Of a DNA stretch of 64,000 nt, positions 42,576 to 52,303 are shown piece after piece. The stretch is taken from positions 128,001 through 192,000 of the forward strand of contig JBCCHT010000005.1 in assembly GCA_039028615.1 (NCBI GenBank). The letters run 5' to 3'. The stretch is from Myxococcota bacterium (GTDB lineage: Bacteria; Myxococcota_A; Polyangia; Nannocystales; Nannocystaceae). Under the pieces are notes generated by a model. The model saw only the letters and a list, made by a program, of their open reading frames with translations. It made no database searches and was not told the DNA's origin. Within the stretch, counting starts at the first letter, position 1. Each line of letters starts with the position of its first letter. Made by a program: the position numbers and the translations under genes.

Positions 42576-45023
42576 TCAGGCCGTCGCTTGCGCGGGCGCG
42601 TCGTCGGCGGGGGCTGGCGTCCAGTCACCCCAGCTCGAGTCACCGCGCAGCATGTGCACCCGACACCGAGCGCCACCGACCACGCGCTGCTCCTCTTCGA
42701 GCAGGCGCCGGAGCACGACGACGTCGCGCTCCTCGATGACGGTGACCACCACGCGCGCGCTCTGCCGGAAGCGGAGCACGCCGCGGAGAGTCGCGAACAT
42801 CTCGCCGTCGTCGTTGGACGCGACGTGAGCCCGACCGAAGGCCTCCTCGATGAGGCGGGCCAGCGGCTCGGTGCGCGCAGCGTCTTCGCTCTCCACCACC
42901 GCCATCAGGCGGTTGTCCAGGCGCAGGCCGGTGTCGGTATCGAAGCCCTCGCCGGCCGCGCGCAGCTTCGCGGCGGCATCTTCGGAGCTCTTCGCGTCGC
43001 GAAGGCCCCGCAACAACACCTCGTCGTGGCAAAGCCGCCCCACGTGGGCGAGGGCCTGCAGGTGCAGCCGCGGATCGTTGGCGGGCGCGAGCAGCACGAA
43101 GAACAAGTCGGCCGTCTCGCCGGCGACCTCGACCGGCTCCTTGGTGGTGACCAAGGCCGCCACGCTGCGCTCCAGCCCGTCGATGGGGGCATGCGGAACG
43201 CTGATGCCGCTGCCGAGCGCCACGTGCCCTTCGATGCGGGTCCGCAGGGCTTCGGCGAGCTCGTCTGCGGGCCGACCCGCGGCCGGTGCCAAGGCCTCGG
43301 CCGCCGCCACGACGACGTCGTCCAGCGACTTGGCATCGACACCGATCCGCGCGCGGGAGGCATCGACGAAGTCCTCCCACGGGGAGTCGGGCGGATCGGC
43401 ATTGATGTCGCGAGGCGCGTAGATGCGCTTCCACTCCTCCCACACCATGCCCATCATCGAGTAGCGGGGCGGGGGCGTGGCCTCGGGACCGCTCGCCTTG
43501 CCCACGAGGGCCTTGCGGTAGCGCTCGGTCAGCTCGTCCCACTCGACGATCATGCCGGGCAGGCCTTCGCTCTCACGGCGTCGGCTCCAGCTGGACAGCA
43601 GCTGCAAGCACGCGTGGTCGATGTGGTCGAGCTGGTCGATGTGCACGTGCAGCTCGCGGTCGGAGGGGACCTCGTCGAGCGCCGCGGCCAGCCGCGGGAG
43701 CTGGAGGAACGTGGCCGAACCGGTCAGGTGCAGGTCTTGGGTCTTGCCCGACTTGCTCGGCTCGCTCCGCACCTGCAGCCGCGCGAAGGTCCAGACGATC
43801 TTGAGGATCGCCGCCGCGAGGCCGGAGATGATGCCGATGAACAGGTCGATGAACACCACGCCGAACAGCGTGATGAGGCAGATCGCCAGCTCGACCTGAC
43901 CCTGCTGGTAAAGCTCCTTGAGCGCCTGGCGGTCGATGAGGCGATAGCCGGTGTAGACCAGGATCGCGCCGAGGCTCGCCTGCGGGATGAGCTCGAGCAG
44001 CTCGGGGGCGGCGGAGACGAACAGCAGCAGCCAGATGCCGTGCATGATCGTGGACTTGCGCGTCATGGCGCCCGCATCCACGTTGACGGAGCTTCGCACG
44101 ATGACGCCGGTCATCGGCAGGCCACCCACCGCGCCCGTGAGGAAGTTGCCCACGCCCTGCGCGAACATCTCGCGGTCGTACTGCGCCTTCGAGCGAGTCT
44201 GCCGCTGGTCGATGGCGTTGGCGGTGAGCAGGGTCGCCGCGCTCGCGATGAACGCGAACATCAGCGACAAGCCGATCATCTCGGCGCTGAGCAGCAGCTC
44301 GTAGTCGGCGAGCTTCGCGGGCTCCAGCCCGTCGAAGAAGTTCGGCGAGATGTCGAGGAACAGCAGGTCCGAGTCGAGGACCGAGGCCGCGATGGTGACC
44401 ACCAGCAACGCGATGAGCTGGCCGGGGACCAGCGCCAGGCGTTTGGGGCGGTACTTCCCCCACAGCACGATCAGCGCGATCGTGACGGTGGAGATGATGA
44501 GCGGGGCCAGGCTCGCCTCGCCGGTCAGCGACGGGGTGAGGCTCTCCGGGAGCGCGACCACGTTGTCGATGAAGCCACCCTTGGGTTCGACATCGACGCA
44601 CACGTGCAGCTCGGCGGTGAGGATCAGGACACCGATCCCGATGAGCATGCCGATGATCACCGCGGGGGCGACCGCCCGGAACCAACGCCCGAGCTTGAAG
44701 ATGCCGGCCAGCGCCTGCCAGACGCCGGCCATGGCGACCACGGGCGCGAGCGCGACCAAGCCGTGGTTCTGGATCAGATCCACGACGGGCACGATGAGGC
44801 TCGCCGCCGGACCGCTGACGAGCAGCGGCGCTCCAGAGAACACGCCGACGATGATGCCGCCGATGATGCCGGTGACCAGGCCTCGCTCGGCCGGAACTCC
44901 ACAGGCGACCGCGATGCCGATGCACAGCGGCAGGGCCACGAGGAACACCACCGTGGACGCCAGGAAGTCGGGCAGCCAGGTGCCCTTTGCTTTCGAGTTG
45001 GAATTGGAGTCTTTTTCGCTCAC
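42576..45023 (-). CDS. SulP/SLC26 anion transporter with STAS-like and PTS EIIA domains
   Basis: VFLVALPLCIGIAVACG, LVSGPAASL, GGLPMTGVIVRSSVN; ATFLQLPRL...HIDHAC; ALGSGISVPHA...DLFFVLL...HLQALAH. Confidence 0.85.
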   Translation of the reverse strand: MSEKDSNSNSKAKGTWLPDFLASTVVFLVALPLCIGIAVACGVPAERGLVTGIIGGIIVGVFSGAPLLVSGPAASLIVPVVDLIQNHGLVALAPVVAMAGVWQALAGIFKLGRWFRAVAPAVIIGMLIGIGVLILTAELHVCVDVEPKGGFIDNVVALPESLTPSLTGEASLAPLIISTVTIALIVLWGKYRPKRLALVPGQLIALLVVTIAASVLDSDLLFLDISPNFFDGLEPAKLADYELLLSAEMIGLSLMFAFIASAATLLTANAIDQRQTRSKAQYDREMFAQGVGNFLTGAVGGLPMTGVIVRSSVNVDAGAMTRKSTIMHGIWLLLFVSAAPELLELIPQASLGAILVYTGYRLIDRQALKELYQQGQVELAICLITLFGVVFIDLFIGIISGLAAAILKIVWTFARLQVRSEPSKSGKTQDLHLTGSATFLQLPRLAAALDEVPSDRELHVHIDQLDHIDHACLQLLSSWSRRRESEGLPGMIVEWDELTERYRKALVGKASGPEATPPPRYSMMGMVWEEWKRIYAPRDINADPPDSPWEDFVDASRARIGVDAKSLDDVVVAAAEALAPAAGRPADELAEALRTRIEGHVALGSGISVPHAPIDGLERSVAALVTTKEPVEVAGETADLFFVLLAPANDPRLHLQALAHVGRLCHDEVLLRGLRDAKSSEDAAAKLRAAGEGFDTDTGLRLDNRLMAVVESEDAARTEPLARLIEEAFGRAHVASNDDGEMFATLRGVLRFRQSARVVVTVIEERDVVVLRRLLEEEQRVVGGARCRVHMLRGDSSWGDWTPAPADDAPAQATA

Positions 45024-45455
45024 CGCCGCCGTCGCTTGCTCTCGGTAGAGGGCCCGATCACTCGGGATTCCTGAACGTGGAGCGGGTCCGATGCGTCGGT
45101 TCGTCGGCCCTCGTGCGAGGCGAGGACGAGCGCACTTCGATCGCCATCACGGCCCGCGGGCGGGGCAGTGAGGGCAACGCGAGCGTACGGGGGGCGTACG
45201 TCGTGCAGCGCGGTCGAGGACGGAGGACGAGGCATCGGGCCGCTGGCCGTCCATGCTACCCGAACTTCCTTCGCGCTGTGAACGAGGCAAAACCCCCGTG
45301 GGACGACTCCGCGGCGGTTTTTCGAACGGCGGGGGGGGTCGTTTACCCGGGCGGGCCCGGGCTGGTTCGGAGCCCGTGTCGCGGCCCTTTTCGGAGGCCT
45401 CGGGCTCACATCTCGATGTGCGAGATCCCACTCGAACGGGGGCCTGGCGGGCTAT

Positions 45456-46466
45456 TCAGCACTGGTCGGCGAAGTCGGAGCAGCAGCTGCCGTCCTCGAC
45501 GCACAGGGCGTCGCATCGGCAGCCGGTTGGGGCTCGCAAGCCGCATCGGGCCGCGCAGGAGTCGGGCGCGGAGGCGGTGTCCTCGTCGAGCACCTCGTGA
45601 ATCCAGCTCACCACGGCGGAGGGCTGGGCGTAGACCCGGGGCGGCCGCGTCTCGCCCGGGAGCCCACAACCCACGTCCATGCTGTCCACGCCCACCAGAC
45701 GCCAGCCATTGGCCGTCTCTACCGCCAGCGAGCCGCCTTCGTGCCCGGTACAGGTGTTCACCTCGTCTCCGCTCGGCCTCGCCCCGAGCTGATCGGGCTT
45801 GAGCGGGATGTCGTACTCGTTGCGAATCTCGAGGCTCGACACGAGCTCGACCCGCGTGCTCAGCAGTGCCGGGCCGTAGATCTCGTCCGGGGGTTCCGCC
45901 TCGCCGCCGGTCGGCGCGGTCGGCTCGGCCGCACTCGGGGTCGGCATCGCCTGCGGCGGCGACCATCCCAGCGCGACGGCGGCGTTCCCCGGCCCCACCG
46001 CGTCGAGATCGACCTTGGTGATCAGCTCGATCGCGGCGGCCCGTGCCTCGGAGAGATCGAGATCCGATTCCAGGTGCAGCAGGGCCACGTCGCCCCCGTT
46101 TCGCGGATTGTCGTAGTTCGGGTAGACGACCACCCGGTCCACCACGCGAGCCTGACCCAGCGTCTCGGTTTGGCCGAGGTTGGTGGTGCCGGCCACGATG
46201 CGCAGGTCCCCGTCGTCGCTGCCGTAGACGCAGTTCGCGGCGGTCACGACCCATGCTTCGCCGATGATGGCGCCGGCGCAGTGGTGGCTAGTCGACTCGG
46301 TGTCTTGCACCGAGACATGCCAAGGAAACTGCTCGACCGTGACCGTGTCGGCCTCGAGACGCTGTTCGTTGAGCTGTTCTCGTTCTACGGGGTCGCAGGC
46401 CATGCCGAGCACGAGGACGAGTGAGCAACACGAAAGGTGGGTCAGTCGATGGTGCATGGTGTTCAT
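45456..46466 (-). CDS. Trypsin-like (S1) pseudo-protease lipoprotein with C-terminal somatomedin-B-like domain
   Basis: GMAC lipobox; FPWHVS, HCAGAII, TAANC, DVALLHL, TCTGHEGGSL; C-terminal SCAARC...CRCDALCVEDGSCCSDFADQC. Confidence 0.8.
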   Translation of the reverse strand: MNTMHHRLTHLSCCSLVLVLGMACDPVEREQLNEQRLEADTVTVEQFPWHVSVQDTESTSHHCAGAIIGEAWVVTAANCVYGSDDGDLRIVAGTTNLGQTETLGQARVVDRVVVYPNYDNPRNGGDVALLHLESDLDLSEARAAAIELITKVDLDAVGPGNAAVALGWSPPQAMPTPSAAEPTAPTGGEAEPPDEIYGPALLSTRVELVSSLEIRNEYDIPLKPDQLGARPSGDEVNTCTGHEGGSLAVETANGWRLVGVDSMDVGCGLPGETRPPRVYAQPSAVVSWIHEVLDEDTASAPDSCAARCGLRAPTGCRCDALCVEDGSCCSDFADQC

Positions 46467-46629
46467 CAGCCGGGGCTCCGTACGGTTCAGTCACCTGCCG
46501 TGGCGTCGCCCATTCACCCTGCGGTCGATGAGCGGCAGGAGGCTACTGGCGGCTTCGGACGGGGTTTGGCGGGGCGGTGAATAGTCGCGGGGGCGCGGGG
46601 TGACCTACGAAGGCCGAGACCAAGCCCCC

Positions 46630-47847
46630 ATGAACTCGACCCTTCATCGGATCTTCAACGCGCTCTCTCCGTCCCTCGCCGCCTCGCTCGGAATCGTGGT
46701 GGTGGCTGGGGGGTGCTCGACCGGAGAGGCGCTCACCGACCAGGTCGACACGCTCGCACCTGGGCTGGCGGATGGAGGCGCGTCGGGAGGCGGCGATGCC
46801 GGTCCGGCCGATCCCGGCGGAGAACCCGACTGCGAGATCGGGACCCTCGGGTGCTGGTGCATGTTGGACGCCGATTGCGACGCCGGCTTGGTCTGCGATC
46901 AAGGCATCTGCCTGCCGGTCGAGGGCATCTGCGGCGACGGGGTCGTCGACGAGGCCGAAGAGTGCGACGCGGGCCCGGACAACGCCGAGGATGGAGCATG
47001 TCGGCCCGACTGCACGGCGCAGCTGTGCGGAGACGGGGTCGTGGGACCGGGCGAGGCCTGCGACGACGGCAACGACGTCGACGACGACGAGTGCAACAAC
47101 CTGTGCGGCGGCAGCAGCTGCGGCAACGGGGTGCTGGACGAGGGCGAGGAGTGCGACGACTCCAACCTCGACGATTCCGACGAGTGCCTCAGCTCGTGCC
47201 TCGCGGCCACGTGCGGCGACGGCTTCGTGCAGGCGGGGGTCGAGGAGTGCGACGACGCCGATGAAGACGAAGCGGACGGGTGCGCCGCAGATTGCGTCTG
47301 CTGGCTCGATTTCGAGGACGACGCCCAGGTGGTCGATTGGCAGCTCGAGGGCGGCTGGGAGCTCCACGACGCGGCCCCGGCCAGCCAGGTGCTCGCGGCC
47401 GTGCCCTTCGAGACGCAGGGCCGGGTCTTCGGCACCGACGGCAACCGCTCGTTGCCGTACCCCGGCGGCGAGAGTGAGAGCTCGAGCGCGACCACCTCGG
47501 ACTTCGTCTTCCCCACGTCGCTGCGCTTTCGCTCGTGGCACGTGGACGAAGGCACGGTGACCGCGGTCGGTGTGGCCGACCACAAGCGCATTCTCGTCTC
47601 GGTCGATGTGGGCGCCACGTGGGAGCCCCTGGTCGACTGCCAGCTCGGTCCCAACGAGCAGCTGCCCTTCTGCCTGGAGTGGCTGGCCTCGCGCGAAGCC
47701 GACGACTGGGACGACGTCGAGATCGATACGTCGGCCTACGCGGGCATGATGGGGCGGCTGCGCTTCGAGTACGACACCGTCGACTCGTGCTGCACGGTCG
47801 AGCAGGGCTGGTTCCTCGACGATTTCGAGGCCTTCGGGTGTTCCTGA
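46630..47847 (+). CDS. Lipoprotein with four Myxococcus Cys-rich repeats and a C-terminal beta-sandwich
   Basis: AGGC lipobox; four CG[DN]G...CD units; LRFRSW, RLRFEY, GWFLDDF. Confidence 0.75.
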   Translation: MNSTLHRIFNALSPSLAASLGIVVVAGGCSTGEALTDQVDTLAPGLADGGASGGGDAGPADPGGEPDCEIGTLGCWCMLDADCDAGLVCDQGICLPVEGICGDGVVDEAEECDAGPDNAEDGACRPDCTAQLCGDGVVGPGEACDDGNDVDDDECNNLCGGSSCGNGVLDEGEECDDSNLDDSDECLSSCLAATCGDGFVQAGVEECDDADEDEADGCAADCVCWLDFEDDAQVVDWQLEGGWELHDAAPASQVLAAVPFETQGRVFGTDGNRSLPYPGGESESSSATTSDFVFPTSLRFRSWHVDEGTVTAVGVADHKRILVSVDVGATWEPLVDCQLGPNEQLPFCLEWLASREADDWDDVEIDTSAYAGMMGRLRFEYDTVDSCCTVEQGWFLDDFEAFGCS

Positions 47848-47905
47848 CCGACGGCGGTCCGGGGCCTCGACGCGGCGTGGCACAAAGCTGGTAGCCTCGT
47901 CTGCG

Positions 47906-49807
47906 GTGAACCAACCCCGCGAGGCCGCGATCCTCCCGGCTGCCCTCGAGGCCACGCTGGCCCCGTTGGCGGCCACCATCGGCCGCGCGCCGGGTTCGAC
48001 GATCCAGCCCCCGCAGCGCGCCCCAGACACGGCGGAGCGCGAGGCCCTGGCGGTCCTGGGCGGGCACGACGAGAACCTCGCGGGGCTGGAGCTCGAGGAC
48101 ACGCTGGGCACGGGCGGCATGGGCATCGTGCAACTGGCGTTGCAGCGTCGGCTCTACCGCAAGGTCGCGGTCAAGACGCTGCGAGAGGATCGCTTCGGCG
48201 AGGCGGCCGTGCTGGCGCTGATGCAGGAGGCGTGGATTACGGGCGCGCTCGAGCACCCGAACGTGATGCCGGTCTACGACATCGAGATCGACGCGCGCGG
48301 CCGGCCGATGGTCGTGCTCAAGCGCATCGAAGGCGAGCCGTGGACCGCGTTCATCGACGACCCCGCCCGTATCGAGCGCGAGCACCAGCAGGCCCCGCTG
48401 GCGTGGCACCTCGAGGTGTTCATGCAGGTCTGCAACGCGCTGCGCCTGGCGCACGAGCGCGGCATCCTGCATCGCGACATCAAGCCCGAGAACGTGATGA
48501 TCGGGGCCTACGGCGAGGTCTACCTGCTCGACTGGGGCATCGCGGTGAGCATGCGACCCGACGAGCACGAGCGGCTGCCGCAGGCCCGAGACGCCGACGC
48601 GGTGGCGGGCACGCCCTCGTATATGGCCCCGGAGATGATGGTCGGTGACGGCTCCCAGCTGGGGACGCATACCGACATCTACTTGCTGGGGGCGACGCTC
48701 TATCACGTGCTGGTGGGGCGGCCACCGCATCACGCGGAGACCCTCGGGGAGCTGGTCGCGAGCGCGACCCAGGTGCCCGAGCTGCCGGAGTCCGCCCCGG
48801 CCGAGCTCGTGGAGCTGTGCCGTCGCGCGATGGATCCCGAGCCTACGCGTCGCCCGGCCGACGTGGACGCGATCCTCGACGCCATCCGCATCTTCCTGCG
48901 GCATCGCAGCTCCACCGACCTGGCCGCCCGCGCCGAAGGGTCTCGGCTGGAGCTGGTGGAGATGCTCGACCACCCCGGCTCCGACCCGGTCGCGCATCGG
49001 CTCGAGGCGTACCAGCTGTTCACCGAGTGTCGCTTCGGTTTTCGCGAGGCGCTCGCCAGCTGGCCCGACAACGAGGCGGCGCGCCGAGGCCATCACGACG
49101 CGGTGCAGGCGATGATCGACTACGAACTCGCCAACGGCGACGCCTCGGCCGCGGCGGCGCTGTTGTCCGAGCTGCCCGACGCCGCCGACGACGTCCGTAC
49201 GCGGGTCCACGAGGCCTTGGCGGCGGCCGAGGCCGAAGCGGCCGAGCTCGAGCGGCTGCGCGCCCAGGCCCGCGACAGCGACCTGCGGGTCGGCGCCCGC
49301 ACCCGCACCTTCATCGTTTCGCTGCTAGGGATCCTGTTCGTGGGCATCCCGCTGTTCGGGCACATGGACGGCAACGAGGAGGACACCCGCCGCGCCCTCA
49401 CCTGGTTCCCGGTGGCGCTCCTGGCAATGCTGGTCGCGCTGCGCTGGTGGGCGCGCGAGTCGCTGGGCAAGACGGCGATCAACCGCCGGGTCATGTCCAC
49501 CGCCATGCTCATGGCCTTCGTGGAGATGGTGTTCGGCTTCGTCTTCGATGCCCTGAATGCGTCCAACGAGATCATCGAGCTCACCCACATGGTGGTGGGC
49601 ATGCTGATCACCGGGGTCTTGGCGATCCACATCGACCGGAGAATCGCGCTCACCCCGGTGGGCTATGCCCTCGCGCTGCTGGCCTGCGTGCCCTGGCTCG
49701 AGCTACGCCACGTGTGGTTCGCCATGGCCAACGCGGTCGTGACGGTGACCCTCATCGTGATCTGGCTGCCGCGCAACGACGAGCAGCGCCGCGCCTCGGC
49801 TTCGTGA
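47906..49807 (+). CDS. Ser/Thr protein kinase with C-terminal multi-TM domain
   Basis: LGTGGMGIV, VAVK, HRDIKPEN, LLDWG, GTPSYMAPE; about 5-6 hydrophobic helices at the C-terminus. Confidence 0.9.
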   Translation: MNQPREAAILPAALEATLAPLAATIGRAPGSTIQPPQRAPDTAEREALAVLGGHDENLAGLELEDTLGTGGMGIVQLALQRRLYRKVAVKTLREDRFGEAAVLALMQEAWITGALEHPNVMPVYDIEIDARGRPMVVLKRIEGEPWTAFIDDPARIEREHQQAPLAWHLEVFMQVCNALRLAHERGILHRDIKPENVMIGAYGEVYLLDWGIAVSMRPDEHERLPQARDADAVAGTPSYMAPEMMVGDGSQLGTHTDIYLLGATLYHVLVGRPPHHAETLGELVASATQVPELPESAPAELVELCRRAMDPEPTRRPADVDAILDAIRIFLRHRSSTDLAARAEGSRLELVEMLDHPGSDPVAHRLEAYQLFTECRFGFREALASWPDNEAARRGHHDAVQAMIDYELANGDASAAAALLSELPDAADDVRTRVHEALAAAEAEAAELERLRAQARDSDLRVGARTRTFIVSLLGILFVGIPLFGHMDGNEEDTRRALTWFPVALLAMLVALRWWARESLGKTAINRRVMSTAMLMAFVEMVFGFVFDALNASNEIIELTHMVVGMLITGVLAIHIDRRIALTPVGYALALLACVPWLELRHVWFAMANAVVTVTLIVIWLPRNDEQRRASAS

Positions 49808-49815
49808 TCGCCCGG

Positions 49816-52197
49816 TCAGGGGTCGATGGTCAGGAGCTGATCGCGCGGCACGTTGTTGAGCACCACCGTGTGATCGGTGGCGGGCCAGTACACCTCGACG
49901 CTGTGCACGGGAGCCAGGCCGTAGCCGAGCCCGAAGTGAGCGATGTTCTCGGCCTGCGCGAGGTAGTGGCTGGCCACCCCGATGTGCCGCATCATGATCG
50001 GCGCGCCGGGCTCGGTCTGTACGCGGACCACTGCGCCCACGCCCTGCGAGTTACCGCCCTGGCCACCCGCCCGGATGCCCAGCCACGATGCCACCTCGGC
50101 GTCGTTGCGATAAAAGCCCTGGATCTCGTGGTGCGAGTGCACCAGCACGTCGAGGTCGCCGTCGCGGTCGTAGTCGAAGGTGACCAGGCCGCGGCCCTCC
50201 CGGGTGAAGTCGATGCCGGCCGCGACCGCCATCTCGGTCCACGGACCCGGGCCGTCGTTGTGCCATAGCCGCAGCGGGTTGTCGGAGAAGCCGAAGCTCG
50301 GGTAGCCAGAGCCCAGGATGAGGTCGAGCGAGCCGTCGAGGTCCGCGTCGAACAGAGAGGTGCCCCAGCCCCAGTCGCCGAAGCGCACGCCGACGTCGTC
50401 GGTCGCGTCGTAGAAGTTCAGCCCGCCCTCGTTGCGATACATGCGGTTGCCGAAGAAGAACTGGCCCGGCCACCAGATCGACGACACGAACCAGTCGAGG
50501 TCGCCGTCGTTGTCGTAGTCGCCGAAGGTCGAGCCCATGCCCGCTTCGTCGGTGCCCACGCCGGCCACGTCGGTCATGTCGACAAAGCCGCCCGCGCCGT
50601 CGTTCCACCACAGGCGGCTGGTGCCGTAGTCCGCGGCGACGGCCAGCTCGGGATATCGATCGCCGTCGAGGTCGACGAACGCGGGCGAGAAGGGCCACGC
50701 GCCCTCCGGGGCCCCGACCGAAGCCGACACCGCCTGCATGTCGAGCCCGACCGCGAGCGTGACGTCTTCGAAGAAGCCGGGGCTGGCCGCGCCGAGGTTG
50801 TGCAGCAGCCGGAAGTGGTCTTCGCCTGGACCCAGCTCGATGTTCGAGTGCCACTCGCCCAGCAGCAGGTCCATGTAGCCGTCGAGGTCGTAGTCTCCGA
50901 CGGCCACGCTCATGCCCACGTGCGGGCGCAGCGTGGTGATGTCGGCCCCGCGAATGAGCGCCTCGTCGGTGAAGTGCCCCGTGCCGTCGTTGACGTAGAG
51001 GTAGTAGCGCATCTCGGCGACGACGGAGACCATGAGGTCGAGGTCGCCATCGCCTTCGATGTCGACCCAGGCCACGCCGCCCGTGGAGTAGGAATCGGTG
51101 AGGCCGGCCGAGGCCGCGACGTCGACGAAGGTCCCGTCGCCCTGGTTGTGGAGCAGCCAGTCGGGCCCGTTCATGCGGGTCATGTAGACGTCGGGCCACC
51201 CGTCGTTGTCGTAGTCGGCCACTGCGACCGCGCCCACGATGTAGTCCGGGGTGCAGTAGTTGCCCATCTCCCACGGCTCGGTGACGTCGTCGAGCGAGCA
51301 GAAGGGGGGCGGCAGCAGGTCACCCGCATCGAGGTCGAGGCCGGCTTCGATGGTCACGTCGGTGAACATCGGCAGCGGGATGTCGGGTGGCGGCGCGCCC
51401 AGGTCGAACAGCGGCGTGCCCACGTCCAACAAGGGATCGCCGCCCGAGCCCACGCCGCTGGTGCCTCCGGGATCCGTCGTTCCGACCCCGTCCGTGTCCG
51501 TGCCGCCCGTACCCCCGGATTCGCTGGTGAAGACGGTGTCGCTGGAGAAGTCGGTGTCGGTGAAGAAGGTATCGCCGCCCGTGGTGCCTCCCGAAAAATC
51601 GGTGGTGCCTCCAGAGAAGTCGGTGGTGCCTCCAGAGAAGTCGGTGGTGCCTCCAGAGAAGTCGGTGGTGCCACCCGAGAAGTCGGTGGTGCCTCCCGAA
51701 AAATCGGTCGTGCCGCCGCCCCCGAAGGTGCTGCCGCCGGAGAAGTCGGTCGTGCCACCGCCGCCGTCGGAACTCCCCCCGGGAAGCGTGGTCGCCGAGA
51801 CGGTGTCGCTGCCCGAGGCATCGGTGGTGCCACCGGGGAGATCGGTGGTGCCGGAGGACTCGGTCTGTGGCCCGCTTTCGCCCGAGTCCTCGGGGGGCGG
51901 CATGCCGTCGCCGCTGGACGAGTCGGTGCCAATCGAGTCGGCGCTGTCGATCCCCGCGGTGGTGTCGGTGGCCGCATCGGCGTTGCCGTGGTCGGTGCTC
52001 CCAGGGGAGCCGGTGGCGTTGCCCGTGGCCTGGCCGCTGGAACCATCGGCGTTCGGAGTCGCGGCCGAGGTGTTCGCGCTGGGGGTCGACGCGTCGTCGC
52101 CACTGGCCGTGGTCATCACCGGGACCGGGTCCGAGTCGACACAACCACCGGCGAGCACGATGGCAACGGAAACATGGAACCGACGAAGACCCAGCAT
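49816..52197 (-). CDS. CRTAC1/ASPIC-UnbV-like FG-GAP repeat lipoprotein
   Basis: LAGGC lipobox; long Ser/Thr/Gly linker; repeated DYDNDGWPD / DYDNDGDLD Ca-binding motifs; GVGAVVRV...AHFGLG...VEVYWP. Confidence 0.85.
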   Translation of the reverse strand: MLGLRRFHVSVAIVLAGGCVDSDPVPVMTTASGDDASTPSANTSAATPNADGSSGQATGNATGSPGSTDHGNADAATDTTAGIDSADSIGTDSSSGDGMPPPEDSGESGPQTESSGTTDLPGGTTDASGSDTVSATTLPGGSSDGGGGTTDFSGGSTFGGGGTTDFSGGTTDFSGGTTDFSGGTTDFSGGTTDFSGGTTDFSGGTTGGDTFFTDTDFSSDTVFTSESGGTGGTDTDGVGTTDPGGTSGVGSGGDPLLDVGTPLFDLGAPPPDIPLPMFTDVTIEAGLDLDAGDLLPPPFCSLDDVTEPWEMGNYCTPDYIVGAVAVADYDNDGWPDVYMTRMNGPDWLLHNQGDGTFVDVAASAGLTDSYSTGGVAWVDIEGDGDLDLMVSVVAEMRYYLYVNDGTGHFTDEALIRGADITTLRPHVGMSVAVGDYDLDGYMDLLLGEWHSNIELGPGEDHFRLLHNLGAASPGFFEDVTLAVGLDMQAVSASVGAPEGAWPFSPAFVDLDGDRYPELAVAADYGTSRLWWNDGAGGFVDMTDVAGVGTDEAGMGSTFGDYDNDGDLDWFVSSIWWPGQFFFGNRMYRNEGGLNFYDATDDVGVRFGDWGWGTSLFDADLDGSLDLILGSGYPSFGFSDNPLRLWHNDGPGPWTEMAVAAGIDFTREGRGLVTFDYDRDGDLDVLVHSHHEIQGFYRNDAEVASWLGIRAGGQGGNSQGVGAVVRVQTEPGAPIMMRHIGVASHYLAQAENIAHFGLGYGLAPVHSVEVYWPATDHTVVLNNVPRDQLLTIDP
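51581..51706 (-). repeat. Six tandem 21-bp coding repeats (GGTTDFS)
   Basis: Plus-strand unit gtggtgcctccagagaagtcg; three adjacent copies are identical. Confidence 0.95.
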
Positions 52198-52303
52198 GAG
52201 CGCGACCCCGATAGTGTAGGGCGACGCCCGCAGGCGATGCGAGAACGAAACTTCTCGGATTCGTGTCGAGGCGAAATGCCCCTTCGGAATCGCGCCCGGC
52301 CGG

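Noticed and set aside
51581..51706. Regular repeat array as a possible CRISPR
   Set aside because: Units are contiguous with no unique spacers, in-frame within a CDS, and there are no cas genes
49816..52303. CRTAC1-like gene as part of the caspase operon
   Set aside because: Separated by about 100 bp with its own TACACT -10-like element and no copy of the ECF motif; read-through is not excluded
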